Shown here: positions 1 through 10,600 of the stretch, one piece after another
How positions within the stretch are numbered: the stretch's first letter is position 1
How the letters are laid out: the number at the start of each line of letters is the position of its first letter
Assembly: GCA_000708835.1 (NCBI GenBank)
Contig: DF237280.1
Coordinates: forward strand, 1 to 64,000
Reading direction: 5' to 3'
Length of the DNA stretch: 64,000 nt
Source of the DNA: Klebsormidium nitens
Taxonomy: Eukaryota > Plantae > Klebsormidiophyceae
Translations under genes and position numbers: made by a program
Notes under the pieces: model-generated
Told to the model about the DNA's origin: nothing
The model's input: the letters and a program-made list of their open reading frames with translations, nothing else
The model's database searches: none

Positions 1-356
1 ACACCTATGCGATATTGCATGACGAGCGAAGAAGAGTGGCCTCGGCATTGTGACAAGTGTTGCGAAATGCGACTTGACGCTGCTCAATTACCCTCTTTTC
101 TCGCTACGGACGAAAATCATTTGCCAATCACTCCTTTCAATGTCCCGATTGCAGAGCGTTGCATGTTGGCTTTCAAGCTGTAAGTATTCATTTGCTACTC
201 AACATCGCGCATCTGCGCCCAAACGGCTTCACAATCATAGGAATATGGCATGGATTGATAGCATCTCATGTCCGTCCCCTCAGTAGCAAATCCAATCTTG
301 AAGGAAGATCATGCAAGTCCACATGTGGTACACTACCCAATCAAACTCTTGACTAG
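1..356 (+). CDS. Possible 3' end of a gene entering from the left edge (partial, Cys/His-containing, unknown)
   Basis: Frame 1 is open from base 1 (TPMRYCMTSEEEWPRHCDKCCEMR...ERCMLAFK) to a GTAAGT donor at 180. A phase-compatible CCCCTCAG acceptor at 283 gives a last exon 284-356. No recognisable family. Confidence 0.3.
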
Positions 357-2035
357 AAAAATCACGTCTGATCGTATCTGTTTCCCGGCATGGAATGTAC
401 ATGTACTCTCCAAAATGTCTCAACGGAGAAAGCGCAGTGATTGAAAAAGCATGTTTCACGTTATAAAGTACATGTCTGCTCTTTTTGCAGGGGTTTCCAT
501 CAGAAGGCACATGAGGGTCCGTCAAAACAATATCTAAAAGCTGGGATAGTAACATGCTGCCGGTTCAATCCATCGATCAACCGACCATGCGCTTATTTGA
601 GATTTTACTCTAAAGCCATGGGTCCAAGCTTGGAGCAGTGCAACTCGGGTCGCCCTGGCTGCTGCTGAAGGTATGGTATGGATGCTGGAATTGAGAATTT
701 GACTTCGCCGACTTAGATTTTATTTAGGCCCGCAGTCCGCTGTTATTTTGCTTGCAGTCGAGGCTGAGTCTGGTCGAGAATTAAGGTCAAAAATGCGTGC
801 ACGTATGGCCAAAGAATGCGCATACGTAACGGGCCCTACGCAGCATACGTGTGCGAGGCGCATTTTCTTGCCCTCAAAATGTCCCACTCGGGAACAGACC
901 CCGGTCGGACAGACCCCGTAGCGGAATTTTAAGGCCACCGGCAGAGACGGAAGGGGGGACACGTGGCACCCTGAGATTGGCAGATTTTATGCCGGATTTC
1001 ATATGGTTAGTTGTGAACTCAATTTTGTCAAGAGCTGCACGCAGCCACGCATGGCCTGCTACAGCATGCGAAAGCAGAACGCTCGCTGTGACTCACAGAG
1101 CTGTGAAATCTCAAAACTCTCATGCAAGACGACAGCAGCTCGCGCTTCTCCTCAGTTTGACAGCATACGTAGTCGACCCTGCGCTGTCCTGGCTTGCAGT
1201 TGAAGGAGGATCCGCAGACTGGCCTTTTGCCATCGCGGGGCTAGCTTGAGGTTGGGCATTTGGTGAAAAGCAAGTGGAGCTGCAGTGCGCGCTCAGGAAA
1301 GCTATCCGCACTCGCTTCTCTAGTACGCTGTATTGCAGTTTGACGGGGGTCATTCCTACTGCATAAACCTATATTGGTGAGTGACTCTCCCGCTTTTTTC
1401 AATTTGCTGCTCATGTGCAGCTTCTCATGATCAGAGGCTGTCGTAATGATGCTCTCAGGGGAGCGATTGGGTTGCTCGGAAAGAGGGCCACTGATGCTTG
1501 AGATACAGTGTCCCAGGCTGTGAGAGTGCTAGCACTGATCAAGCGCCACTTCAAATTTTGATCATTTTCAAGCATCTTTCCTACTTGTTTGCTCCCCTCT
1601 TCATGAGCTCAGGTATATTCGTGGTTTGGCAAGTGAATCTCCAGTTGCAAGGATGTTCTTGTTTTTTCTTACAGACCGCTCGAAAAAATCTCAAGGGTTG
1701 CCTGGTGCTGCCTCATTGTGGTCGCCTTGCCGTATCCTAGATCCCCATGATGGCTGTTGAAAGCTTGGAATGTTTTTCGGTCGAATCGTCTCATTCGGTT
1801 TTACCACCACCATTGTGCTGGTACCACCATCAATGTACAGCCTAAGCTCTAAAATATCTGAGACGAAAGGTTCTTCACTTGCACAACGACTTCTCCGTTT
1901 GTGCACGCCGCTCTCTAGTGGCTGTCTCTAGAATTATCTTCCGAAGCCTCATGCCATGCTTTTCAAGCAGCTCCCGATCACCGTCAACTCTTGCTCTTCA
2001 GTGACATGCAATTATCCAGCCGATAGCGGGCTGCA

Positions 2036-3075
2036 ATGGGGAGGCTGGTCCATCTTGCAAACCTGCCGCTGCGGCTGGTCAGGCCCAAGTTCCGCGAGAA
2101 CATCACCGAAGCAGTGTTCAAGACAATTCCCAGTGTCACAAAGGTGTGTCAGCTCTTCGTCTCCTTTTTTTGTGGCGGAGCTATTTAAAGAGGGCGTCTA
2201 ATCACGTGGTATCGCGGCGGCCACTTATCATGATACTCTGCTCTCGTCTCGCCAAGAAGTTGATCACGTGTACCAAATTTAGCGACCAAATGGTTGGTGG
2301 ACGGGCTATCTGGTCGCCAAGGCGTTACGGGTCACAGGACGCCCCCCTTTAAGGAAGGGAGTATTAGATTCGGTCAACCAGATAGATAGTTCGTAGAAGT
2401 ATGAAAACCCCTGCAGAATTGAAGCTCGAATGGAGGGTAACTATTTATCTGGTTTGTAAGGATGCTGATCGACCGGCAGGTGGGGTCAAATATGTAGGAC
2501 TCCATCTTGAAGTCGCCCCTCTGCTTTTCTCATGCGACAGGTGGTTTTACTTTCACTTCGGGTTCAACTGTGCGCTGTTGATCAGCCAAAGAAGACGCAG
2601 GAAAGTGGGTAGAACTTGATAGCATAGATTGGTTCTTCGGGCTACGAAGACGGTTTCGCTCGAGTTTCAAAGGTCTCTCGCTTGTGTTGAGATTTTTGCT
2701 GCCGGACATGTTACAGACAGCTTTTCAACTGCAAGAACCTGGCCAGTCTGCTCGCTAACGTTATTAAGAGTCTGAACCCGTCCTTTGCAGATTGAAATCA
2801 GAGCCTTCTTGCAAAAGGTTTACGGGCTTGAGATTGCAAGCTTAGAGACGCTGAACTACGAGGGGGAGAAAAAGCGAAAAGGGGCCACAACGTACTTCTA
2901 CAGAGAGCCTGATTGGAAGAAGGTGTATGTGAGGTTAAAAAGCCCGGTCACCATCCCGCAAGAGGTTTTTGACACGTTGCCACCAGAAAAAGCCCCCCTG
3001 CAAAAGAAGGAGAGAGGGGGCAGGAAAGCTAGAAGGGAAGCTGCCAGCGCTGCGGCAGCTGCACAAACAAGCTAA
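2036..3075 (+). CDS. MRPL23: Mitochondrial ribosomal protein uL23m, 2 exons, 130 aa
   Basis: Exons 2036-2143 (MGRLVHLANLPLRLVRPK...EAVFKTIPSVTK) and 2791-3075 (IEIRAFLQKVYGLEIASLETLNYEGEKKR...PDWKKVYVRL), joined in phase 0. Matches the plant organellar L23 pattern (HFANLP...KTIPS.SK.EIK...TLN..GKKK...DYKKAYV). Confidence 0.9.
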
Positions 3076-3437
3076 TTAGCAGGTTCACGCAAGTAAAGTC
3101 GTTCAGCAGATAAGAGTCCAAGAGAAGGCCAACACATGTCTGCCATTCACCATGCATGTGTAGGGCACGTGGAATCCTAGTGATGCTGTAGATTACATTG
3201 GCAAATGACCATGTTACATGCGACGATCTTCAACGGGATGAGACATGGGCCGCCGACCGCGTCGCCCTTTTGTTTTGGTGCCGCATATATGTGTGCAGCT
3301 CCTCGATCTAGAACGCTTTTAGCAATAATGTCTGTAAGTAGAATTTTCCATTAGTACATTTATTGCTACCAGAACGACGTGCTGTCGGTGCAGAACATCT
3401 TTCCTCAAGTGAGTGTCAAGACTTTCTTGGTTGGTTG

Positions 3438-3458
3438 TTTAGGGTTTGGGGTTTGGGG
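3438..3458. repeat. Degenerate telomere-like heptamer run (TTTAGGG TTTGGGG TTTGGGG)
   Basis: Read directly from the sequence, between two convergent genes. Confidence 0.5.
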
Positions 3459-3649
3459 TTTTCTAAGTTTAAAAAGGTGGTGTGATCTTGAGATTCCGTG
3501 CTGTCAGTGTTTGTAAGGGGTTGAAAGGGTTCTTTGGGGCAAAAGGTAATATGATTGGTCGTGTTTCAGACTAGCTGGACTGGCCTACATTTTCTTGGGC
3601 CCAATTTTCCATCTCCTCAAACCAGTCCTCCACAAAATATCAAAATATC

Positions 3650-6048
3650 CTAGCTCATGCTGCTCACTTTCCAAGCATACCTAGCCTGACCGAGTTTCTT
3701 AATATCTTCTTGGGTGTTGCAGGCATCATCTTTGGCGCACTTGCCCAGTCTTAAAGGTTGACTTGCCAACATGTCTGGATACCGGCCAAGCGTGTTGCTG
3801 ACTTTGGCAATTGGAGTGGCTTCAGCAGGGGTCTTGAGCAGGTTGGAACGAATCAGTGAGCTAGAAAGGAGGATAGGCATCCGGGAGGAAGAAATCAACA
3901 ATTTTATGTTACAGGTCCAAGAGGTTAAGTTGGGATGGTCTGTCTCGTGATTACGTTAGAGTAACTGCATCTCAAAAGCCCCGAAGAAAGTTGGAAAGTG
4001 TACGCTGGGGGAACATGTTGTCCAACGTGATCAAATTAAAAAGGTATATTCTTGTTGTTACATATTGTGTCCATTCATTTTCAGACAAATAATTTGTTTA
4101 TATCCCCATTGTGTCCCGACTCGAATCAGAGTCACGATCGTGATTTTCCTAAATGATTGTACTATCTGGCATCGACATGGTCCAATGCACTGGCGATCGG
4201 CTGCCTGCATGACTCCGCATGAGGGGGGTTGCTACGCTTTATTTGCTACTTTGACGTTTCTCACGCTATACAGAGTCCACTTATCATACGTATCTTGGGT
4301 TACGGTGACAGGGTTAATCCAGTAAGTACTAAAGGTAACCACCTGCACGTCTGTCTCCGCCCTGACAACAAATGAGACGCCGATGTATGTGCTAGTAGAT
4401 GGAGCATTGGGCGTCTGTGTCGTGTCGAAACCAACGTCGAAAATCTGCATAACGACAGCGACAGGATAAGCCACGGGATAAGATCCAATTCGAGATCGCC
4501 ACTGAATTCAGGTGCGCACCACCAAAAAGCACAGAACTATATTGCCATCAAGCAGGGGTCAAGCATCGCGGTTTGATTGTCGCAACGGCTGGCCAAATGG
4601 ACTTGTTTGGTCGTGGCAAAAATTGGTCGAGTTGACCGCAGACGAGACAATTTAAGTATTCACTGTCCTTGGAGCATAACCCCTTAGAGTCAAACGTCAT
4701 CGGACCCCGGCCGAGTGGCTTCATCCTAACGGACATCTCTAGGGCAGATTCTGTATCTGCCAGACAGGTCATTGTTGCGTATGAAGCGGAATCTTCGACG
4801 GAAGGCTTCGTACCTGCACTGTCGGCTTCTTGTCCTTGAAATGCATGTCGAACCAGCTCTGGATCGCCGGCAGAGAGTCCACGAACTGTTGAGTTTCCGT
4901 TACAAGGTACATGCTGGGGTTGAGCTTGCCATACAGGTTCTGATCCAGAATCTGCTTCGTTGATGAGAAGCAGGTCTCCAGAATGTCCCCGTTTACTCGC
5001 TCGTAAAAGTCACGGCCGAGGCCAAAGGAGTCGGTCTTGGAGGGCCCGGTGAAACTTCCATCTGGGCCTGCAGATTAAGAAAACCAAAGAGGTTTAGACA
5101 AAAGTTCAGGGATGATTGATCACTTTGCGGAGTTCAATCACTTTATGACAGAGATTAGACGGAAACAGTTGCTATTGAATGATCTGAGGACTTGCTCGGG
5201 AAAAAAGCGGTAGGGTGTGTATGATTTGATGTGAAGAATGGCCCGGGGGCTTGAGACCCATGCACGATCTATATAAAGCCAAGACAGGTCGTCATGAAAC
5301 GCAGTAGCCTTCGAAAGATCGCACTACAGCCTGTTTCATTGCGTCAGAAGATTCTTCCATCTGCGTAGAGCAGAAAGGTCGTTTCCGAAATTCGTCCATC
5401 TCAGTACAGCCCCTCTCATTTCACAATCGTTTCGAACCTACACAGAGGCGGAGAAAGATCACTCACAGAAGCATCCTCAACACATGGCTTCAGGCTTGCA
5501 CTAGACGTGCCACTTGCCCCACCTTCCAGCTCGTCGAACTAGTCATTTGCAAACGCCTCTGATCGGTCCTTGTCTCAGTCAAATTCACCATCTCCTTACA
5601 ATTCATCTACCGGAACCAAGAAAGTTCGCCTATTGAGGACGTCGACTCCAAGCCAAGGACGAACCAGGTTGCAATTGCGCGCGTCTGAGGCAGTCATATA
5701 AAGCTCACCTGGCAATTGGCCACTCGCCTGAGCGACCGGGTAAGTCTTCGTGCAGATTTTGCCGTTGTTTGTCAGTGTGAAAGCGTAGCCAGTGTCTTCC
5801 GGGCAGCTAACGCATTCAGAACCGGAGCACGGCGCCGTGTTAGGAGACCCAAAGACCGAAGCCCACGGAAAACGCGGCCCCGTGACAGTGCCAAAAACTA
5901 GAGAGGCGGGTTGTGTTTGGACAGGGGCCGGAGTGGTCGACGTGTCTTGCAGCACTCTCGCTGCAAACGCGGGGGCGAGGGAGCTGGCGACCAACAGGAA
6001 GGCGACAGCTGTCGAGAGACGCATCGAGAGCCGCAACGGAGACGCCAT
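3650..6048 (-). CDS. Secreted protein of unknown function, 4 exons, 319 aa
   Basis: Exons 6048-5709, 5067-4814, 4444-4290 and 3860-3650. All junctions are GT-AG with matching phases (1,0,2) and total 960 nt. N-terminal signal peptide MASPLRLSMRLSTAVAFLLVASSLAPAFA. Confidence 0.85.
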
Positions 6049-7626
6049 AGTGCGCAGCTAGATGGAGTGACACCCGAGCGACGTCTAACAATGTCAGCCG
6101 CTTGAATGCGACGTCGAGAGTAGCAGAGCCAATTAGTCGACGGGCTTTCAGAAAAGGCGGCTCTCTCTCTAGTACACTAAGCACGACAGATCAGCAACGT
6201 AAGGAAGCTGGACGAAGTAGAAGCGGCGACAGGATTAAACTTCAAGCTGATATGCCGGCAGTGGTGTTTCGTAAAGGTCAGCCCTGCAGTCTGCTTGGTG
6301 AGAGTTAGTCAGCCTCGAATGCCACTGAGAGCTGCTGGGCTAATTAAGGGAATGGCCGCTGAGATCGCAGTATTGCTGCAGCAAGGTTTTTGATGCTTGC
6401 GATTGAAATTGAATGGATGTTTACTATATATTCAAATTGGTGCTCAAGGCTGAAGGCTAATGCAGAATGTAGAAAAAAGGAACGCACACTGCTGGCTTTA
6501 TACTTGGGCGCAGAGCACACCTGGGATTCCGGTCAAACACTGCTACTAAAAGCTTTCAAGGGCGGACTTGAAAGTCACACTGCAGCTTCTCGTGCAATCC
6601 TTGTTTGCAGCTAGTAAAGCGGCAGTAAAGCTGCGGAACAATGTGGGTGCTGCAATTCTGCAACAGTGCTAGCTGGTCTTTGCCTGGCAGCTGATAATTA
6701 GTGTACTTTGTCCTAGTTGCCTCGGTGATCCGAGGCACCTGTTGACTGCAGACTGCATGACGGCTGATTTTGACCAGCGCCGGCAGCGGTGCATGATAAT
6801 TGTGGCTGTGCTCCGGGTCGTCGCCCGGGTCAAATTCCGTCAAAGTTTGCATGCGTACTTTTGCATACGGTCCCTGCCGGGTTTCTAGGGTTTTAGTGGG
6901 GGGGGGTTTATGTTCCATTTGTGTGGCATGTGGCACAAGGCAGGTATTGGTCCCGTGCTGAGTCAAATTAATTTTCGAGCAAATTAAATATATTAATTGT
7001 TGGATTGAGCCTGGCTGTTGCTGCTTCATAGCCTCCGAGATTGACTTGGCATGGGATTTGCCATGGCTTGCCGCCTGGCATGCAGATTGCTCATGATTGG
7101 TGCATGACGGCTTAGAGATCTCAGATCACGTACTAGGGTAAAATGCATACGGGCCGCCTGGCAGGACGTACCGATGAAGGTGCATTCGGCCTGCAAGGCA
7201 CGTACACGCACACTGCACATTGTGCAGGGGCGCCGGCCTGATTGTCGTATGCAATTGCGAAGTTCGATCATGCCCAGTCTATTGTTAATATTGATCAGGG
7301 CAGGGGCGGTCGCTGCTCAGTCAATTTGAGTCAGTTCATACGGGCCAAGGCATCTGAGTGCCGCCTATCAGTCATTCTTCATGTACTTTGGACCATGCAC
7401 TGGCACCTCAACTTCGAACATGGAAAAGCGGACCGACCCATCAGTGCACGATGTAAATGCATTTTCAACACAAATTGCATTGACAAGATCAACCGCCAGT
7501 CTCGGCGCAGACAGTCAACCTTGACCATTGAAAGCCACAAGCGATGCCCACAAAACGCGCAAGCCGCACGCCCGTTGATCTCTACGAACAGCTGTATACG
7601 AGATGGAAGCAAACGTACTCAAGTCG

Positions 7627-10600
7627 CTACATTTGGAATTCGTCCCAGGGGGTGACGTCACCGCTGTCGTCCAGCAGCCCAAGACTCTTCAACCGCCTCT
7701 CCGCATAGTACTCAAGGCGGTCCAGGTCCTTGAGCCGAGTCTCGAAGAAGTCTAGGCCTTCTATTAGAACCCGTTTCTCAGCCAGGCGGGCGCTGACGGC
7801 CATCCGTTTTCGCCTCGTGGCCCTGTCGTCACCGTCTATATCACCTGCAACAGACGGAAGTATGCTCTTGAGGTTCGAAAACAACACCAGGCACTCAAAC
7901 CCATTCCAGAAGAGCTAGCTCGTTTTCGTAATTTGAAACTAGAGAAACAAGCTCGATTCGGAAACCCGTGTACTTCGACTGGACCAAGCGGATCGACGGT
8001 CATGCCCTGATTTGGACGTCCCAACTCGAGTCGTCAGTTCAGCTTGCTTCCTCAATATGCACGACACAAGAAGCTGATCAGAATGACAAATGTCCCCGTG
8101 ATGGATCTGGCAACCTCAAGCGTGTAGTCCAACGTGTTAATTCCGAACGATTTCGGAACATTCTCCGACAATCCGACCAAGAAAGCGAATCTGCTTATGC
8201 TGGTTCCGACAAGAATCCGTATGCCCTATGTTCTCACTTTGGATGGGACTTTAGACTGACTCTGGCGGTTTCATGCTTTCCGGGGACCATTTTAGGTATA
8301 TCTAGCTTTCCGGATTTCACTTTCTGAATGGGAAACCTGAATCTACACCTGTCCGAAAGCAGATAATTCGGAGTACAGGTGGACGTCCTCGGCATACCCG
8401 CCTTGAGAACAGGATACCATTCCGCAGACAAAACACAATAGAAGGAAGGCATGCAGAGACGCCAAACGCATGACTCAGCACTTACCCAGCAGTCGGACGT
8501 CTTCTTCGATCGTCGTCTCGTAGTTGCTGAGCGAGCTCCGCAGGCCGTCAATCATGGACGCGCAGACGCTCTCCTCGTTTTCGCGGCTCACCGGCAGGCA
8601 CACGTGCTCCAACACCTGACGAGGGTATGGAGAGCACGGAGAACATCACCCCCTGATCCGATATCCTTTGAAAGACCTAGGTGAGGAGACTTTTGGCGAA
8701 AAACGACCAACTCCGGAGTCCAAAGCAAGCCCCAACTCGGGAAAACCCCAGTACCGCATTGCTGATGTCAGGAGCAGCGAATCCTAAGCAGCATGCACGA
8801 ATCTCGATCCTGACGTTGCCTGCGGGCGGGTTTACTGGCGAGAGGAAGGTGCTGACGTCAGCAGCGGCACGGGGGCACGCACCGCGTCCCTGAACATAGC
8901 CTTCAGCAGGAAGGCGTCAGGACGGGGGGAATTGACAGGTGCTTAGGACAGGTACGGGTGCGAAACGCGTGAACGTTTGAGTTACTGTTTAAATTGAGCC
9001 CAAACACGTTCTCAGCGGAAATAATGACGTAAGCGGCGGCAGCGGCACGCACCGCGTCCCCGAAGATGGCCTCTAGCAGGAAGGCGTTAAGACGCGTGAG
9101 GTTAGGTAGGTGGTTAGGATAGGTACGGGTTCGGAAAGCGTGAGTTTTCTCCTGAGTGATTTAAGTTGAACAAGCCCGTTTGTGGCGGAGATGATGACGT
9201 CAGCAGCGACGGTGGCACGCACCACATCCCTGAAGATGGCCTCCAGCAGGAAGGCGTCATGACGGGTGGGGTTAGGTAGGTGGCTTGGATAGTTGCGGTA
9301 TGCGTGAACCTTTGGATTAGTGAAATCTACAGTTGAATCCAAACACGATGTTATCAAAGGTGATGACGTCAGCGGCGGCACGGGACACGCACCGCATCCC
9401 TGAAGATGGCCTCCAGCAGGAAGGCGTCGGCGCCCGCGAGCGCGATGAGGCGGATGAAGGCGAGCAGCTGGGAGGAGGGGTCAAGGCCGCGCTCCAGCGA
9501 AAACTCGCACACCTGGCCCAGCCCGTACAGCTCCGCGACGTCCAGCTGCGAGGGTGACGTCAGAGGGTGACGTCAGCAGGGATTGTTGCTGGGCGACTTC
9601 TTTCGATATGGCCACTCTAGAGGCGAAGCAAGAGCGGTCTTCAGAGGATTGCGGCCCAACCCAGCGATGAGAAGAACGTGTTAAGGCGAGAGAGACGTCT
9701 TAGGGCGATGAAAAAAGCGGCAACACAAACAAGACCTTAGCGTTAGGAGGACCTTCCAACCGCGCAAAAATATTCGCATCTCGACATTCAGCAGATACAT
9801 CGAGAAAATCACGGCTTTCTCATAATCTCGTATGAGCGGCATCTAGCATACCTCAATGCTGCTCACGGTTCCCCTCACCGTTCTCCTTAGAGTCTGTCTT
9901 GTCACTCCTTGAAGCTCACCAAACCGTCACCCTCTCTGAAACGACACGTGCGTGTGTAGCATGCAAACAATACAGAAAAGCAGGGCTCTCACCTTGTCGT
10001 CCACAAAGCGGTCCTCCTCCGGAACCTCCAGCGTCAGCTGAAACTTGTCTCGCGTCCCCTCCCCAATACCCCCGTCTACAACAAACCCGTAGTCAAGCGC
10101 CAGATCGCCGTTCGACTTTTCGGCGCCGTAGTCCATCGTGATCTGCTGCCCGGCAGAGTACGCTCGCAGGGGTTGCATCCCAAACGATCGGCTTCTGGGC
10201 GTTGAAAAAGCCCACCGTCTTCTTCGCCCAAAAGTCCTGGTTGGAAGCGCCCACGTACGGCCCGTTGCCGTGGTTTATCTAGGGAGAGAAAGGGAGATGA
10301 TTCGATCAGCAAGAAGGTTCCGAACGGTGTATGTCAGTCCATGAAAAGTCCATTTTATGCTAGTTCTGAATGATGGCTGGTTGGAAGGCACGGAGAAAAT
10401 TCGGGGGGTTTGAGGTCACCTGATTGTAAATCTAGGCAAAACGTTGCCACGTAATCAGCTCAAACAGATTAGGACTGGCTTTGATGACTAGACCTGCGTA
10501 TACGAATGTCGCTCGACAGCGATTCGCGACGTGACGAGAACCAGTACGCAGTCTACGAATCTGAAGCGCTCAAAATTCACTTCACCTCAAAAACGTGAAC

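Noticed and set aside
1691-1906. LRLYIDGGTSTMVVVKPNETI as a ubiquitin-like fragment
   Set aside because: The similarity is too short, lacks the rest of the fold and the diGly, and lies antisense to the uL23 leader.
6556-7029. 157-aa minus-strand ORF
   Set aside because: Spans AT-rich and poly-G intergenic DNA with no domain signature.
8810-9430. Regularly spaced repeats as a CRISPR array
   Set aside because: Eukaryotic intron. The units are degenerate 170-nt copies of an exon end and donor, with homologous rather than unique spacers, and there are no cas genes.
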